From the NCBI GenBank assembly GCA_045657225.1, contig JAZOSR010000033.1:1-56638 (forward strand): a DNA stretch of 56,638 nt. Reading direction: 5' to 3'. Each line of letters opens with the position of its first letter. The stretch's first letter is position 1. Made by a program: the position numbers and the translations under genes. Below the pieces are notes generated by a model, which had not been told where the DNA came from, ran no database searches, and saw nothing but the letters and a program-made list of their open reading frames with translations. The stretch is from Eubacteriales bacterium (GTDB lineage: Bacteria; Bacillota; Clostridia; Oscillospirales; CAG-272). Positions 29,197 to 38,840 of this stretch are shown here, piece by piece.

Positions 29197-30380
29197 TGGA
29201 AATGAAACTTGATTACAGCGACGTTCGCTTTCAAAACAACGGCAAGCTAAAGCTCCTTATCATCGTCGGCACACGCCCCGAGATCATTCGCCTTGCCGCC
29301 GTCATTGACAAGTGCCGCAAATACTTTGACTGCATTCTTGCCCACACGGGTCAAAATTACGATTACAACCTCAACGGGGTGTTTTTCAAGGACCTGAAGC
29401 TCGCCGATCCCGAGGTTTATATGGACGCCGTAGGCGACGATCTCGGTGCTACCGTCGGCAACATCATCAACTGCTCGTATAAGCTGATGAACCAAACGAA
29501 GCCCGACGCGCTCCTCATTCTCGGCGACACCAACTCCTGCCTTTCCGCCATTGCGGCAAAGAGATTGCACATCCCGATCTTCCACATGGAGGCGGGCAAC
29601 CGCTGCAAGGACGAGTGCCTGCCCGAGGAGACCAACCGCCGCATCGTTGACATCATTTCCGACGTCAACCTCGCCTACTCCGAGCACGCGCGCCGTTATC
29701 TCCACGAGTGCGGACTCCCCAAGGAAAGAACCTACGTTACGGGCTCTCCGATGGCAGAGGTGCTGCATAACAACCTCGCCGACATTGAAAAAAGCGACGT
29801 GCACAGCCGCCTCGGCCTCGAGAAGGGCAAATACATTCTCCTTTCGGCACACCGCGAGGAAAATATCGATACCGAAAAGAACTTCCTCTCGCTCTTTGGT
29901 GCGATCAACACGATCGCCGAAAAGTACGATATGCCCATTCTCTACTCCTGCCATCCGCGCTCAAGAAACCGTCTTGCGGCAAGCGGATTTGTGCTTGACA
30001 AGCGCGTGATTCAGCACGAGCCCCTCGGCTTCCACGACTACAATTGCCTCCAGATGAACGCCTTTGCGGTCATTTCCGACAGCGGCACGTTGCCCGAGGA
30101 AAGCTCGTTCTTCACCTCGATCGGCAAGCCCTTCCCTGCCGTTTGCATCCGCACCTCGACCGAGCGCCCCGAGGCGCTTGACAAGGCGTGCTTCATTTTG
30201 GCAGGCATTGACGAAGGGGGGCTCACACAGGCGGTTGAAACCGCCGTTGCCATGACCGAGCAGGGCGACCACGGCATTCCCGTACCCACGTATGTGGAGG
30301 AAAACGTCTCCACCAAGGTGGTGAAGATCATTCAGTCCTACACGGGCGTTGTCAACAAAATGGTCTGGAGAAAATTCTGA
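29196..30380 (+). CDS. fnlC: Cap5G/WbjD-type UDP-sugar 2-epimerase
   Basis: VGTRPEIIRL, HTGQNYD, LGDTNS, HMEAGNRC, HREEN and DSGTLPEE. Confidence 0.9.
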   Translation: MEMKLDYSDVRFQNNGKLKLLIIVGTRPEIIRLAAVIDKCRKYFDCILAHTGQNYDYNLNGVFFKDLKLADPEVYMDAVGDDLGATVGNIINCSYKLMNQTKPDALLILGDTNSCLSAIAAKRLHIPIFHMEAGNRCKDECLPEETNRRIVDIISDVNLAYSEHARRYLHECGLPKERTYVTGSPMAEVLHNNLADIEKSDVHSRLGLEKGKYILLSAHREENIDTEKNFLSLFGAINTIAEKYDMPILYSCHPRSRNRLAASGFVLDKRVIQHEPLGFHDYNCLQMNAFAVISDSGTLPEESSFFTSIGKPFPAVCIRTSTERPEALDKACFILAGIDEGGLTQAVETAVAMTEQGDHGIPVPTYVEENVSTKVVKIIQSYTGVVNKMVWRKF

Positions 30381-30401
30381 TTTAAAAAGGAGCGAAAAGC
30401 C

Positions 30402-31562
30402 ATGAACAATCAAATAGATCTGCTCTTTGCGTTACTTCGCTCCGCATTATCGGGTGAGGAGCTGTCAAGCGAGGCTGCCGCGCATCTCAGCGAGGAAAAC
30501 GCAGCACTCCTCCTGCCGCTTGCCAAATCGCAGGACGTGGGACAAATGATCGCCGATCTGCTCGCCACGAAGCTCCCCGAAGAAAGCGAAGCACTTGCCA
30601 AATTCAAAAAGCAGCAAATGCTCGCTCTTTTCCGCTACGAGTCACTGAACCGCGAGCAAAAAGAGATCTGCCGCGTTTTCGAGGAGGCGGGAATTCGCTA
30701 TATGCTCCTTAAGGGCTCCGTCATTCGTCCGCTTTATCCCGAGGCGTATTGGCGCACCAGCTGCGACATTGATATTCTCATCGATGAAAAGGAGCTTGAC
30801 CGCGCCGCCGCACTACTCACCCAAAAGCTTTCCTACAAGGCAAACGAAACGACAAATTATCATGACCTTTCCCTGCATTCACAGGGCGGCGTGCATCTTG
30901 AGCTTCATTTTCACATTAAAGAGAACATGGAAAATATGGATCGCGTGCTCACGCGCGTTTGGGAGCACGCAAAGCTAATAGACGGCACGCAATACGGCTA
31001 CGTGCAGACCAACGAGTTTTTGCTCTTTCACGTCATCGCCCATATGGCGTATCACATGGCGCACGGCGGCTGTGGCATCAAGCCCTTTGCCGACCTCTTT
31101 GTAATCGAGAAAGCACTCACGTATAACCGTGACACATTGGCAAAGCTTTTGGGCGACGCCAACCTCTCACACTTTTTCGATGCGGCAAATTCCCTGATTG
31201 CCGTTTGGTTTGGGGACGGTGAGCACACCCCCCTCACCCAAAGCATGGCGCAATTCATTTTAAAGGGCGGTCTTTACGGCACCGTATCCAACAAAATGAC
31301 CGTAGCAAGAGGGCAAACAAACGGTAAAACGCACTATCTTCTTTCGCGCATCTTCATGCCCTACCCACTGCTGAAAAGGCGCTATCCGACGCTTGAGGGT
31401 CGCCGCTGGCTCACCCCATTTTATCAGGTACGCCGCTGGCTCTCCATCCTGTTCGGTGGCAGACTGAAGCATGCGAAAAAGGAGCTGCAGATAGCAACCG
31501 CTGTTGATAACACCGCCGCCAAGGATGCAACACAGCTTCTCCAAGAGCTTAAGCTTTTATAA
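30402..31562 (+). CDS. Uncharacterised nucleotidyltransferase family protein (NTP_transf_5-like)
   Basis: LLKGSVIRPLYP..RTSCDIDILI and ELHFH motifs. Confidence 0.75.
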   Translation: MNNQIDLLFALLRSALSGEELSSEAAAHLSEENAALLLPLAKSQDVGQMIADLLATKLPEESEALAKFKKQQMLALFRYESLNREQKEICRVFEEAGIRYMLLKGSVIRPLYPEAYWRTSCDIDILIDEKELDRAAALLTQKLSYKANETTNYHDLSLHSQGGVHLELHFHIKENMENMDRVLTRVWEHAKLIDGTQYGYVQTNEFLLFHVIAHMAYHMAHGGCGIKPFADLFVIEKALTYNRDTLAKLLGDANLSHFFDAANSLIAVWFGDGEHTPLTQSMAQFILKGGLYGTVSNKMTVARGQTNGKTHYLLSRIFMPYPLLKRRYPTLEGRRWLTPFYQVRRWLSILFGGRLKHAKKELQIATAVDNTAAKDATQLLQELKLL

Positions 31563-31565
31563 AGT

Positions 31566-31601
31566 AAAAAATCGCCGCAGGCAATGCCTGCGGCGTTTTT
31601 T
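31566..31601. terminator. Bidirectional intrinsic terminator
   Basis: A-tract, CGCCGCAGGCA/TGCCTGCGGCG stem, T-tract, between convergent genes. Confidence 0.85.
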
Positions 31602-31605
31602 ATTT

Positions 31606-32847
31606 TTACACAATTTCAATCTTTGCCACGGCAACGACACGTTGCTCGCCGTAGCGGAAGGGGGTGGTATGTAAAACGACCTGCTCTCCCTCCTGCTCAA
31701 AGGCAAGCTCCCTGCCCGAATGAAGCCAATACGCCGCCTTCACGCGCTCTCCAATCGAAAACACGTCGGAATACTCGGGGTCTGCCATGTACTTTACCAC
31801 GTTGGCGCTTCCCTTCATCGGCAAGCCGAAGCAGAACAGATAATAGCAGCCGTCGCCCTTCAGAAGGAAGTCCTTTTCCTTGTTCGTCACCTCCACGTCG
31901 GCAGGTCGGGGCAGGTAAAGCGCCTCGGCGATCGGCTCTGACCACTCGCCGAGGAGCTCGAACATCGCTTTTTCGATCGGACGGATCGAGCCGTCAGGGA
32001 GGGGCCCGACGTTGAGGAGATAGTTGCCGCCAAAGCGACGGCAGGTGCAATAATCCTCAATGATCTCCTTCATCGACTTGAAGCGGAAATCCTCCCTCGC
32101 GTAGCCCCAGTGCGAGCCGAATACCTGGCACATCTCGCTCGCCACGTATTTGGGGGCGTTTTCCATATTGAGCTTCACGGGCTTGGAGCGCTCAAAGGTC
32201 ACCGAGTCAAGCTCAATGTGCCCAAGCTCACCTTCTGCACCAATGCCCGTGTTATTGACGATGATCGCATCGGGCTGATAGCGGCGGATCATGCCGTAAA
32301 GGGCATCCTCCTCCCAATCGGCGTCGCGCTTGTTCCACTTGCCGTCAAACCAAAACCCACCAATCTTGCCGTAACGAGTGCAAAGCAGCTCCACGCTCCG
32401 GCGCAAATAGGCAAGATACGCGGGAAAATCGCTCTCATATTCGGGCACGTACCAGTCAAGGTAGGTATGGTAAAAGAAGGGCACGATCCCTGCCTCGTTG
32501 CAGGCATCGACGAACTCGCGCACAAGGTCACGCCCCGCCGCACCGTGCATCACGTCAAAGTCGGAAAGCCCGCAGGTGTCGTAGAGCGAAAAGCCGTCGT
32601 GATGGCGCGTGGTCAGCGTGATATAGCGGCACCCCGCGCGCTTCGCCGTCGCAACCAGCTCCCTTGCCCAATCCTTTTTGGGGTTAAACTCCGCCGCAAG
32701 CGCGCGATAGCGTGCCCTTTCGGCATCATCGGTCGCACTATGGTGAAACGCCCACTCGCCCTTGCCGTAAAGGCTGTAAAGTCCAAAGTGGACGAACATA
32801 CCAAGTCCCATTTTCTCAAAATTCTTGACGTTTTCCTTGATGATCAT
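31606..32847 (-). CDS. GH29 alpha-L-fucosidase
   Basis: GMFVHFGLYS, LTTRHHDGFSLYDT, RDLVREFVDAC, FWFDG (nucleophile) and LLNVGPLPDG. Confidence 0.9.
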   Translation of the reverse strand: MIIKENVKNFEKMGLGMFVHFGLYSLYGKGEWAFHHSATDDAERARYRALAAEFNPKKDWARELVATAKRAGCRYITLTTRHHDGFSLYDTCGLSDFDVMHGAAGRDLVREFVDACNEAGIVPFFYHTYLDWYVPEYESDFPAYLAYLRRSVELLCTRYGKIGGFWFDGKWNKRDADWEEDALYGMIRRYQPDAIIVNNTGIGAEGELGHIELDSVTFERSKPVKLNMENAPKYVASEMCQVFGSHWGYAREDFRFKSMKEIIEDYCTCRRFGGNYLLNVGPLPDGSIRPIEKAMFELLGEWSEPIAEALYLPRPADVEVTNKEKDFLLKGDGCYYLFCFGLPMKGSANVVKYMADPEYSDVFSIGERVKAAYWLHSGRELAFEQEGEQVVLHTTPFRYGEQRVVAVAKIEIV

Positions 32848-32912
32848 AACCTATCTCCCATCATAAATCAAACAAAGCCGTGGCGTTTTTCGCACCGTTG
32901 CGGTACTTTTTA

Positions 32913-33875
32913 TCAAATACCCAAGAACGCGGCACCGATAATGCCCGCGTCGTTCCCAAGCTCGGCGATGCGTATTTGTGTTTCGGGCACCACACCGTGA
33001 CCGTACACCTCTTGTCTGATCAGCGGCACGAGGGGACGAAGAAGATTTTCCCCCTCACCCGACACGCCGCCGCCAATGGAAAGCACCTCGGGCTGGAAGA
33101 TATTCACAAGGTTGGTAATGCCCGTGGCAAGATACGAAATATAGGTATCCACCACCTCTTTTGCCGCCTCGTCACCCGCGCGCATCGCGTCAAACGCCGT
33201 TCGACCCGACACCTTGCCCTTTTTGGCAACCATCTCACGCATCAAGGTGTCGCGCCCCGTGCTCTCGCACTCGTCCATTTTCTCCTTTGTCATGCGGATC
33301 AGTGCCGTTGCCGAGCTATACGCCTCCCAGCAGCCGCGGCGACCGCAGCTACAGGGCACGCCGTCCTTTTCAATGACGATATGTCCAAGCTCGCCGCCTG
33401 CAAAATTAAAGCCCGTAATCAGCTTTTTGTGAACGATCACGCCACCGCCAACACCCGTGCCGAGCGTGACCATCACAGAGCTTTCGGTGCCCTTGGCGGC
33501 ACCTGCCACAGCCTCGCCCCACGCCGCCGCGTTGGCATCGTTTTCAACGTGCACCGTCATCACGCCTGTCTTTTTTCTCAAAATATCCGCCACGGGAAGA
33601 TGATCAAAGGGCAGATTGTTGCAGTATTCCACCGCGCCGTCACGGCTGTTGGCAATACCGGGGCTTGCCACGCCGATCGCCTCGACCTCGCGCATGGTAA
33701 TGCCCAATTTTTTGGTGAGCGTGTGGCAAAGCTCAGCCATTGCCGCCACGATCTCCTCGCCCGAGCGCGTTGCGACGTTCGTCGGCACGCTCTCCTTACA
33801 AACGATCTCATGCTTTTCATTCACAAGTCCCGCGGCAATATTCGTGCCACCAAGATCAATTCCAATACGATACAT
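32913..33875 (-). CDS. ROK-family sugar kinase (glucokinase-like)
   Basis: GIDLGGT, ENDANAAA, TLGTGVGGG and GELGH..CSCGRRGCWE. Confidence 0.92.
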   Translation of the reverse strand: MYRIGIDLGGTNIAAGLVNEKHEIVCKESVPTNVATRSGEEIVAAMAELCHTLTKKLGITMREVEAIGVASPGIANSRDGAVEYCNNLPFDHLPVADILRKKTGVMTVHVENDANAAAWGEAVAGAAKGTESSVMVTLGTGVGGGVIVHKKLITGFNFAGGELGHIVIEKDGVPCSCGRRGCWEAYSSATALIRMTKEKMDECESTGRDTLMREMVAKKGKVSGRTAFDAMRAGDEAAKEVVDTYISYLATGITNLVNIFQPEVLSIGGGVSGEGENLLRPLVPLIRQEVYGHGVVPETQIRIAELGNDAGIIGAAFLGI

Positions 33876-33939
33876 ACTTATCCTCTTTCCTTTCAGCTAA
33901 AGCATTGTTATTATTACCCACAGCGGCAGATTTCATCAA

Positions 33940-34797
33940 TCAAAGCCCCTGCTCTGCCGCAAAACGCGGCAGCATAAATTCATTTATGGCAGGACCGCGC
34001 TGCGGATCCTTGTCAACCTCTTTAAGCAGCGCCTCGTCAACCTCATAGGCAAAGCCGCCGCGTGCGCCGTTTTTGCCGTATTGAAGCGAGGCGTAAAATC
34101 TGCCGCCACCGCAGCAATGGAAGCCATACGGGGTCGAAAACGCGTATTTTGCAACCACCGATTTCAGGTCCCCCGACGCGCAAAACAGTGTTTGCGGCAC
34201 GTGATACGGCTGGGTCGGATCGTACGTCGTCAGCCAAAAATAACCCGTGTCCTTATCGTAATCAATATTCTGCACGCCAATATTCACGGAGCCCGTCGGC
34301 ACGAAATGGCGCTTTTGCAGCTTGCCGTCAAAGCTATACTGCAAGACGATCTGACTCTTGATCTCCGCGCCGTTTTTCATCGAGGCGGCAATAAACAGTG
34401 CCTCCTCGCCCGTTTCGGCATCCACGCCTGCAGTAATCGCGCCGACACCGTCAAAGCCGTCACGCGCCACCTTGTGATCGCGATAGCAATCGTCAAGGCG
34501 CAAAACCTTTACCAGCGAAAGCGACTCCGCGTCGTACACGTGCACGGTAAACGAGGTCCACTGTCCCCACGGATCACCCTTCAGGGAGTTGCCCATTGCC
34601 GCGCCGTAAATACGCCCGTTATGGTAATCAATGCCGCCAAGATGCTCCGAGGTGATCGGCACCTCCTTTTGCGCAACAACGGTACCCGTCATGGTGGTTT
34701 TTACAAGCGTATTGGTAAAGGACCAATACATATGCTTACCGTCCGTGGTAAATCCCTGCATATGATATTTTTGCCTTACAACCTCTAAATGCTTCAT
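33940..34797 (-). CDS. Hypothetical protein, probable beta-propeller
   Basis: AAGGAG RBS before MKHLEVV; blade-like segments HMQGFTTDGKHMYWS, HLGGIDYHNGRIY and VQNIDYDKDTGYFWLT. Confidence 0.65.
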   Translation of the reverse strand: MKHLEVVRQKYHMQGFTTDGKHMYWSFTNTLVKTTMTGTVVAQKEVPITSEHLGGIDYHNGRIYGAAMGNSLKGDPWGQWTSFTVHVYDAESLSLVKVLRLDDCYRDHKVARDGFDGVGAITAGVDAETGEEALFIAASMKNGAEIKSQIVLQYSFDGKLQKRHFVPTGSVNIGVQNIDYDKDTGYFWLTTYDPTQPYHVPQTLFCASGDLKSVVAKYAFSTPYGFHCCGGGRFYASLQYGKNGARGGFAYEVDEALLKEVDKDPQRGPAINEFMLPRFAAEQGL

Positions 34798-35019
34798 GTT
34801 GTCAATTCTCCTTACACACTCATGCGCGTAATATGTTCTGCATTTTCCACGCGTTCTACCGAAAAACACCGTAAAAATTCTCCACCTTCATTTACACCTG
34901 CGGGTATTCACTACGGTTTTTTATCATTATAACAAAAAAATCATTTAAACACAATATGCTTATGTATTTCTTCCCTCATTGATTTACATCAAATCATAAA
35001 ATATCGGTTTGCCATAGCA

Positions 35020-35604
35020 TCATCCGTTTGCAACCTTATGCATAATGAGCACATTGAAAATCTCATCCATATTTGTTGCATCGTTGATTTTATTTTTCAA
35101 TATCAATGCCGTGAACGTGGCTTGATTTATTTCGTTTATTTTTCTCTTAATCGTTTCGAAGTCATCCTGAATGTCAATTGCAATTCCATACTTATTTCTA
35201 AAAAATTCCACCAAATCGTCGGGAAGCTTACCGTCATATTTGCGAATCCTATCTTCCTTTGAATCGGTTTTATAAACCACTCTCGGCTCTGAACTTTTCA
35301 CCTCAGTTGATTTTTGATTATGATATTCTTCGCATTGTTGCTTAGCAATATTATGCGGCAAGGACGCAAAAGCATCTTTTATGACCGCCACATTTTCTTC
35401 AATACTTGCAAGAGCAAATATAGGATACAAGGAAACGGTAGTCAGAAACGGAACAAAAAATCCAAGAACAGAAACCATCACTAACACAAACATATCCATC
35501 TCAACAGCAAGATAAATTCCTATGATGACAAGTAACACGCCGATCATGCAAGAAATACCCATCACCGCATAACAAAGCTTTTTAATACCACTGCTTTTAA
35601 TCAT
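35020..35604 (-). CDS. Hypothetical membrane protein (two N-terminal TM helices), AT-rich
   Basis: Hydrophobic N-terminal segments; AAGGAG RBS; 8-nt overlap with the upstream gene. Confidence 0.7.
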   Translation of the reverse strand: MIKSSGIKKLCYAVMGISCMIGVLLVIIGIYLAVEMDMFVLVMVSVLGFFVPFLTTVSLYPIFALASIEENVAVIKDAFASLPHNIAKQQCEEYHNQKSTEVKSSEPRVVYKTDSKEDRIRKYDGKLPDDLVEFFRNKYGIAIDIQDDFETIKRKINEINQATFTALILKNKINDATNMDEIFNVLIMHKVANG

Positions 35605-36106
35605 TTTTCTTCTCCTTATTGCCTTTCAAAATATCATTCGTCAGCTTTACCCATCCGCGCACGATCAAGACGATCTCGCCCATGTCACCGTTTGACTTGT
35701 AGATCGCGCCAAGCACCGCCTCCACCGCCGTTGCGATAAATTTATGGTCATCATCGTCCTCGGGGCGCACGTCGTAATTTTGGGGAATATTCGGGTCATT
35801 CCGATCAAAATTCAGATAGTCAAGGATCCCGTAGTGCTCACCGATCCGCACCAACGTGGTATCTCGCTCGTAAAGGCTCTTGGTCACGGAAAGCTGCTGT
35901 GTGCGGTCAAGGAGTATCTCGCAAAGCGCAAGCTTCAGTACCGCGTCGCCAAAGGTCGCAAGCTCGGTGTTGACCTGCTGGTCGCCAAGCGGTCTTTTGT
36001 GCTTTTTCTGATAGATCGGCTTAAAGGACTTATCGGTCAGTGCGCGCGTGCGCCATTTGTTTTTCGTTTCATTCTTCAAAAACGCCTCAAATTTATCCAT
36101 ACTCAT
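35597..36106 (-). CDS. Stand-alone RNase III catalytic domain (Mini-III-like)
   Basis: LATFGDAVL and ATAVEAVLGAIY signatures; no dsRBD. Confidence 0.75.
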   Translation of the reverse strand: MSMDKFEAFLKNETKNKWRTRALTDKSFKPIYQKKHKRPLGDQQVNTELATFGDAVLKLALCEILLDRTQQLSVTKSLYERDTTLVRIGEHYGILDYLNFDRNDPNIPQNYDVRPEDDDDHKFIATAVEAVLGAIYKSNGDMGEIVLIVRGWVKLTNDILKGNKEKKND

Positions 36107-36984
36107 ACCCTCCGCTTAAAGTTGCCAAACACCTCGCTGACCTTCTCAAAGCTTGCAAAGCAGTCGGGGTGCTTTTTGATAATTTTCATCATTTCACCGA
36201 TCTGCCGCTTGTTGATGATGCAAACAAGCATAAACTTGTCGGTGTCGGAATACATGCCGTGCACCTTGATGCTCGTCACGCCGTGCTTCAGCTCGCTCAT
36301 CAGCTCACTCGCGAGCGCGTTGGGATTTGCGGTCACGATCTCAAAGCGGAAGCCGTTTTTAAGACCGCTAAGACCCCTGTCAACGATCACGTTGGCGATA
36401 AAGAGGTTAAGAAGCGTACAAATGACGGGCGTGATGCGCATGCCGTAAACGAAAAAGGCGATAAAGACCACCGAGGCATCCATCACGAAGGAAACGTAGG
36501 CAATGTTCGTTTGGGGTCTTGCCCTTTTGATGAGCGCGGAAATGCCGTACGTGCCACCGCTCGCGCCAAAGCGCTTCAGCATCAGGGAAAATCCAAAGCC
36601 CGAAATCACGCCCGTCGCAATGCAGGCAAACACGACGTTGAAATCGGCGCCGCTTGAGGCGAGCGAATAGGGCTTCGCGCCAAGCAGCTCGTAAAGCTGG
36701 GGCACGAAGGACTGCACGCACATGTAAAGACTGAGCATGAGTCCGAGCTTTTTGTTGATCATCACCATCACCAGCACGAAGATCGGCAGATTGAACGCGA
36801 TCATCAGGATCGACCAGCTGACCTTGTCGGCAAGGAGGTGGTGCGTGATGGTCGCAAGACCCCCGACGCCACCCGGCGCGAAGCCGTTGCTGTTCTGAAA
36901 GAAGAAATACGCCGTGCCGACGATAAGACCCGCGGTGATGGCGTAAAGCACGTCCATCAAAAGCTGCTTTGTTGTTGTTTTCAT
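36103..36984 (-). CDS. YitT family membrane protein with C-terminal DUF2179-like domain
   Basis: APGGVGGLA, FNLPIF, GASGGT, HGVT..GMYS and EVFGNF; AAGGAG RBS. Confidence 0.85.
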   Translation of the reverse strand: MKTTTKQLLMDVLYAITAGLIVGTAYFFFQNSNGFAPGGVGGLATITHHLLADKVSWSILMIAFNLPIFVLVMVMINKKLGLMLSLYMCVQSFVPQLYELLGAKPYSLASSGADFNVVFACIATGVISGFGFSLMLKRFGASGGTYGISALIKRARPQTNIAYVSFVMDASVVFIAFFVYGMRITPVICTLLNLFIANVIVDRGLSGLKNGFRFEIVTANPNALASELMSELKHGVTSIKVHGMYSDTDKFMLVCIINKRQIGEMMKIIKKHPDCFASFEKVSEVFGNFKRRV

Positions 36985-37050
36985 ACTATGTTCTCCTTTA
37001 ACGTGCCGTCCACACCACGTGAGCCACGCTCTGCGGCACAAGGGCTCGAA

Positions 37051-37836
37051 TCAGCCAAAGATTTCCGCCGCCGCAACCACGCGCAGCAGCTCCACATCGA
37101 TCCGATCCCTACCGTACGCGTCAAAGAAGCGCTCGCGGTAGCGATCCGTTTTCAAATTAAACCACAGCGTCCACGCGCCCCAGAAAAGATCGACGTGCCG
37201 ATCCCCGACACCGCCGTTCCCGACGTCAATGAACGCCGACACACGCCAAGCGTCAAGCATCACGTTCGGCAAGCAGTAGTCGCCGTGCAGCAGCACCCTG
37301 CCCGAGAGCGCGGCGCGCCCCTCGTTTAAGACCGCATACGCCTCATCTGCCGAGGCGAAGGGTATGCGGTCACCAAATAATGAAAGATCGAATTTTCCGC
37401 TCGCGTAATTCCCGTCGACAAGCGCGAAATACTCGCTCATCCGATTCATAACGGGGCAAGTCGAACAATCGCTCTCGTGCAGGGCACGCAGTGCCTCACC
37501 CAGCACCGTCGCAAGTCGCCGCGGGTCGCGCAAATACTCGTCACTCGTCGCATCCCGCCCCGCGGCGCGCGCGGTCACGAGCCAATCGCGCTCACAGGAC
37601 TGATAATCGAGCACTGCGGGCGAGAGACCCTTTTTGTGAAAATACGCCCCCATCTCGGCTTCGCGCGCGAGCGTGCCGCGTGCGGCTGTTTTTAAAAAGT
37701 AGCCGCCGTCCTTATCAATAAAATACACGCGCGCCTCGGGCGAGCAGGAACAGTCAAACACCGCCGCCCCCTCAAAAAGCCGCGCCAGCTCTGTCGGCAA
37801 TCCCTCGGGCAAGCGCGCAATCGGTATTATTCTCAT
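37051..37836 (-). CDS. Aminoglycoside 3'-phosphotransferase-like kinase
   Basis: YFLK, LLHGDYCLPNV and FIDVGNGGVGDRHVDL. Confidence 0.8.
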   Translation of the reverse strand: MRIIPIARLPEGLPTELARLFEGAAVFDCSCSPEARVYFIDKDGGYFLKTAARGTLAREAEMGAYFHKKGLSPAVLDYQSCERDWLVTARAAGRDATSDEYLRDPRRLATVLGEALRALHESDCSTCPVMNRMSEYFALVDGNYASGKFDLSLFGDRIPFASADEAYAVLNEGRAALSGRVLLHGDYCLPNVMLDAWRVSAFIDVGNGGVGDRHVDLFWGAWTLWFNLKTDRYRERFFDAYGRDRIDVELLRVVAAAEIFG

Positions 37837-37974
37837 TTCACTCGCCCTCCTCGCCTTCTTTAAATTCCATTTTTAAATTTGAATTTTCTAATTTTCACTT
37901 TGGATATTTCATTTTTTGAATAATTTTGTTTATTATTTTCCGAAAAGCTTCAATAATCGGCACTTTTGGCGTTT

Positions 37975-38787
37975 TTACGCTTTTGATGAACCAATCAAAA
38001 ATTTGTCGCTTTCCTTCAGATCAAGCAGCGTGATCGCGCGCTCAAAGATCTCCCTCGCGCGTGCAAATGCCGCAGGGTGATGCGCGTCACTGCCGAGATA
38101 AAATTTACACCCACAGCTCTTGGCAATTCTAAAGGGGCGCAACACAATATCGTCTTCTCCCTCACGGAACGCCATGTCGCTCATATTCAGCTCAATGCCG
38201 CAGCCAAGCCGTGCTGCCTTCTCAAACAGCCGCTCCATATCCCCGTCCGGGATCAGACGCATGACCTCCAGATAATCTTCTCTTGACGCCTTATTGATCA
38301 GACCGCAGGCAAGATGCGCAATACCGATCTTCCCAAAGGGCAAGGGCATTTCAAGGAGCGCGTCAAGGCGCTCCACCCAAAGCTCCGCCCGCCTCTTGTT
38401 GCTTGCCGCATCCTCCTCGGCGATCGTGAAGCCCGTCATATGTAAATGCGTGGTCGGAATGATCACAAAATCAAAATCGTCAAAACGCGAAAGCGGCATG
38501 CCAAGCGTCAGGTGGCGGTCGATGTCGGTCTCACAGCCAAACAAAAACGACACCCCCTCACATTGCGGCAGCGGCTTTGCTCTTGCGATATGATCAAAAT
38601 CCTGCGGTGCGTACCATTTCGACGCCCCCTCGACGGTACTGTCCCAATAATGGTCTGTGAGACAGATCGTGCGAAGTCCGTTTTCTCTTGCGTATTGCAA
38701 GATCCGCTCGGTGGTCTGCTCGGGATCGCGCGAGCAAGAGGAGATCAAAGAATGAATATGGTAATCATGATCTGCTATAAATCTCAT
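37975..38787 (-). CDS. PHP-domain metallohydrolase
   Basis: DYHIHS, CLTDH, GCETD, IAHL and GSDAHHP. Confidence 0.85.
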   Translation of the reverse strand: MRFIADHDYHIHSLISSCSRDPEQTTERILQYARENGLRTICLTDHYWDSTVEGASKWYAPQDFDHIARAKPLPQCEGVSFLFGCETDIDRHLTLGMPLSRFDDFDFVIIPTTHLHMTGFTIAEEDAASNKRRAELWVERLDALLEMPLPFGKIGIAHLACGLINKASREDYLEVMRLIPDGDMERLFEKAARLGCGIELNMSDMAFREGEDDIVLRPFRIAKSCGCKFYLGSDAHHPAAFARAREIFERAITLLDLKESDKFLIGSSKA

Positions 38788-38840
38788 GTCTGCTTCCACC
38801 TTTTTATTTTTTATAGAGCCGCCATGCTGCGGCATTGGAC

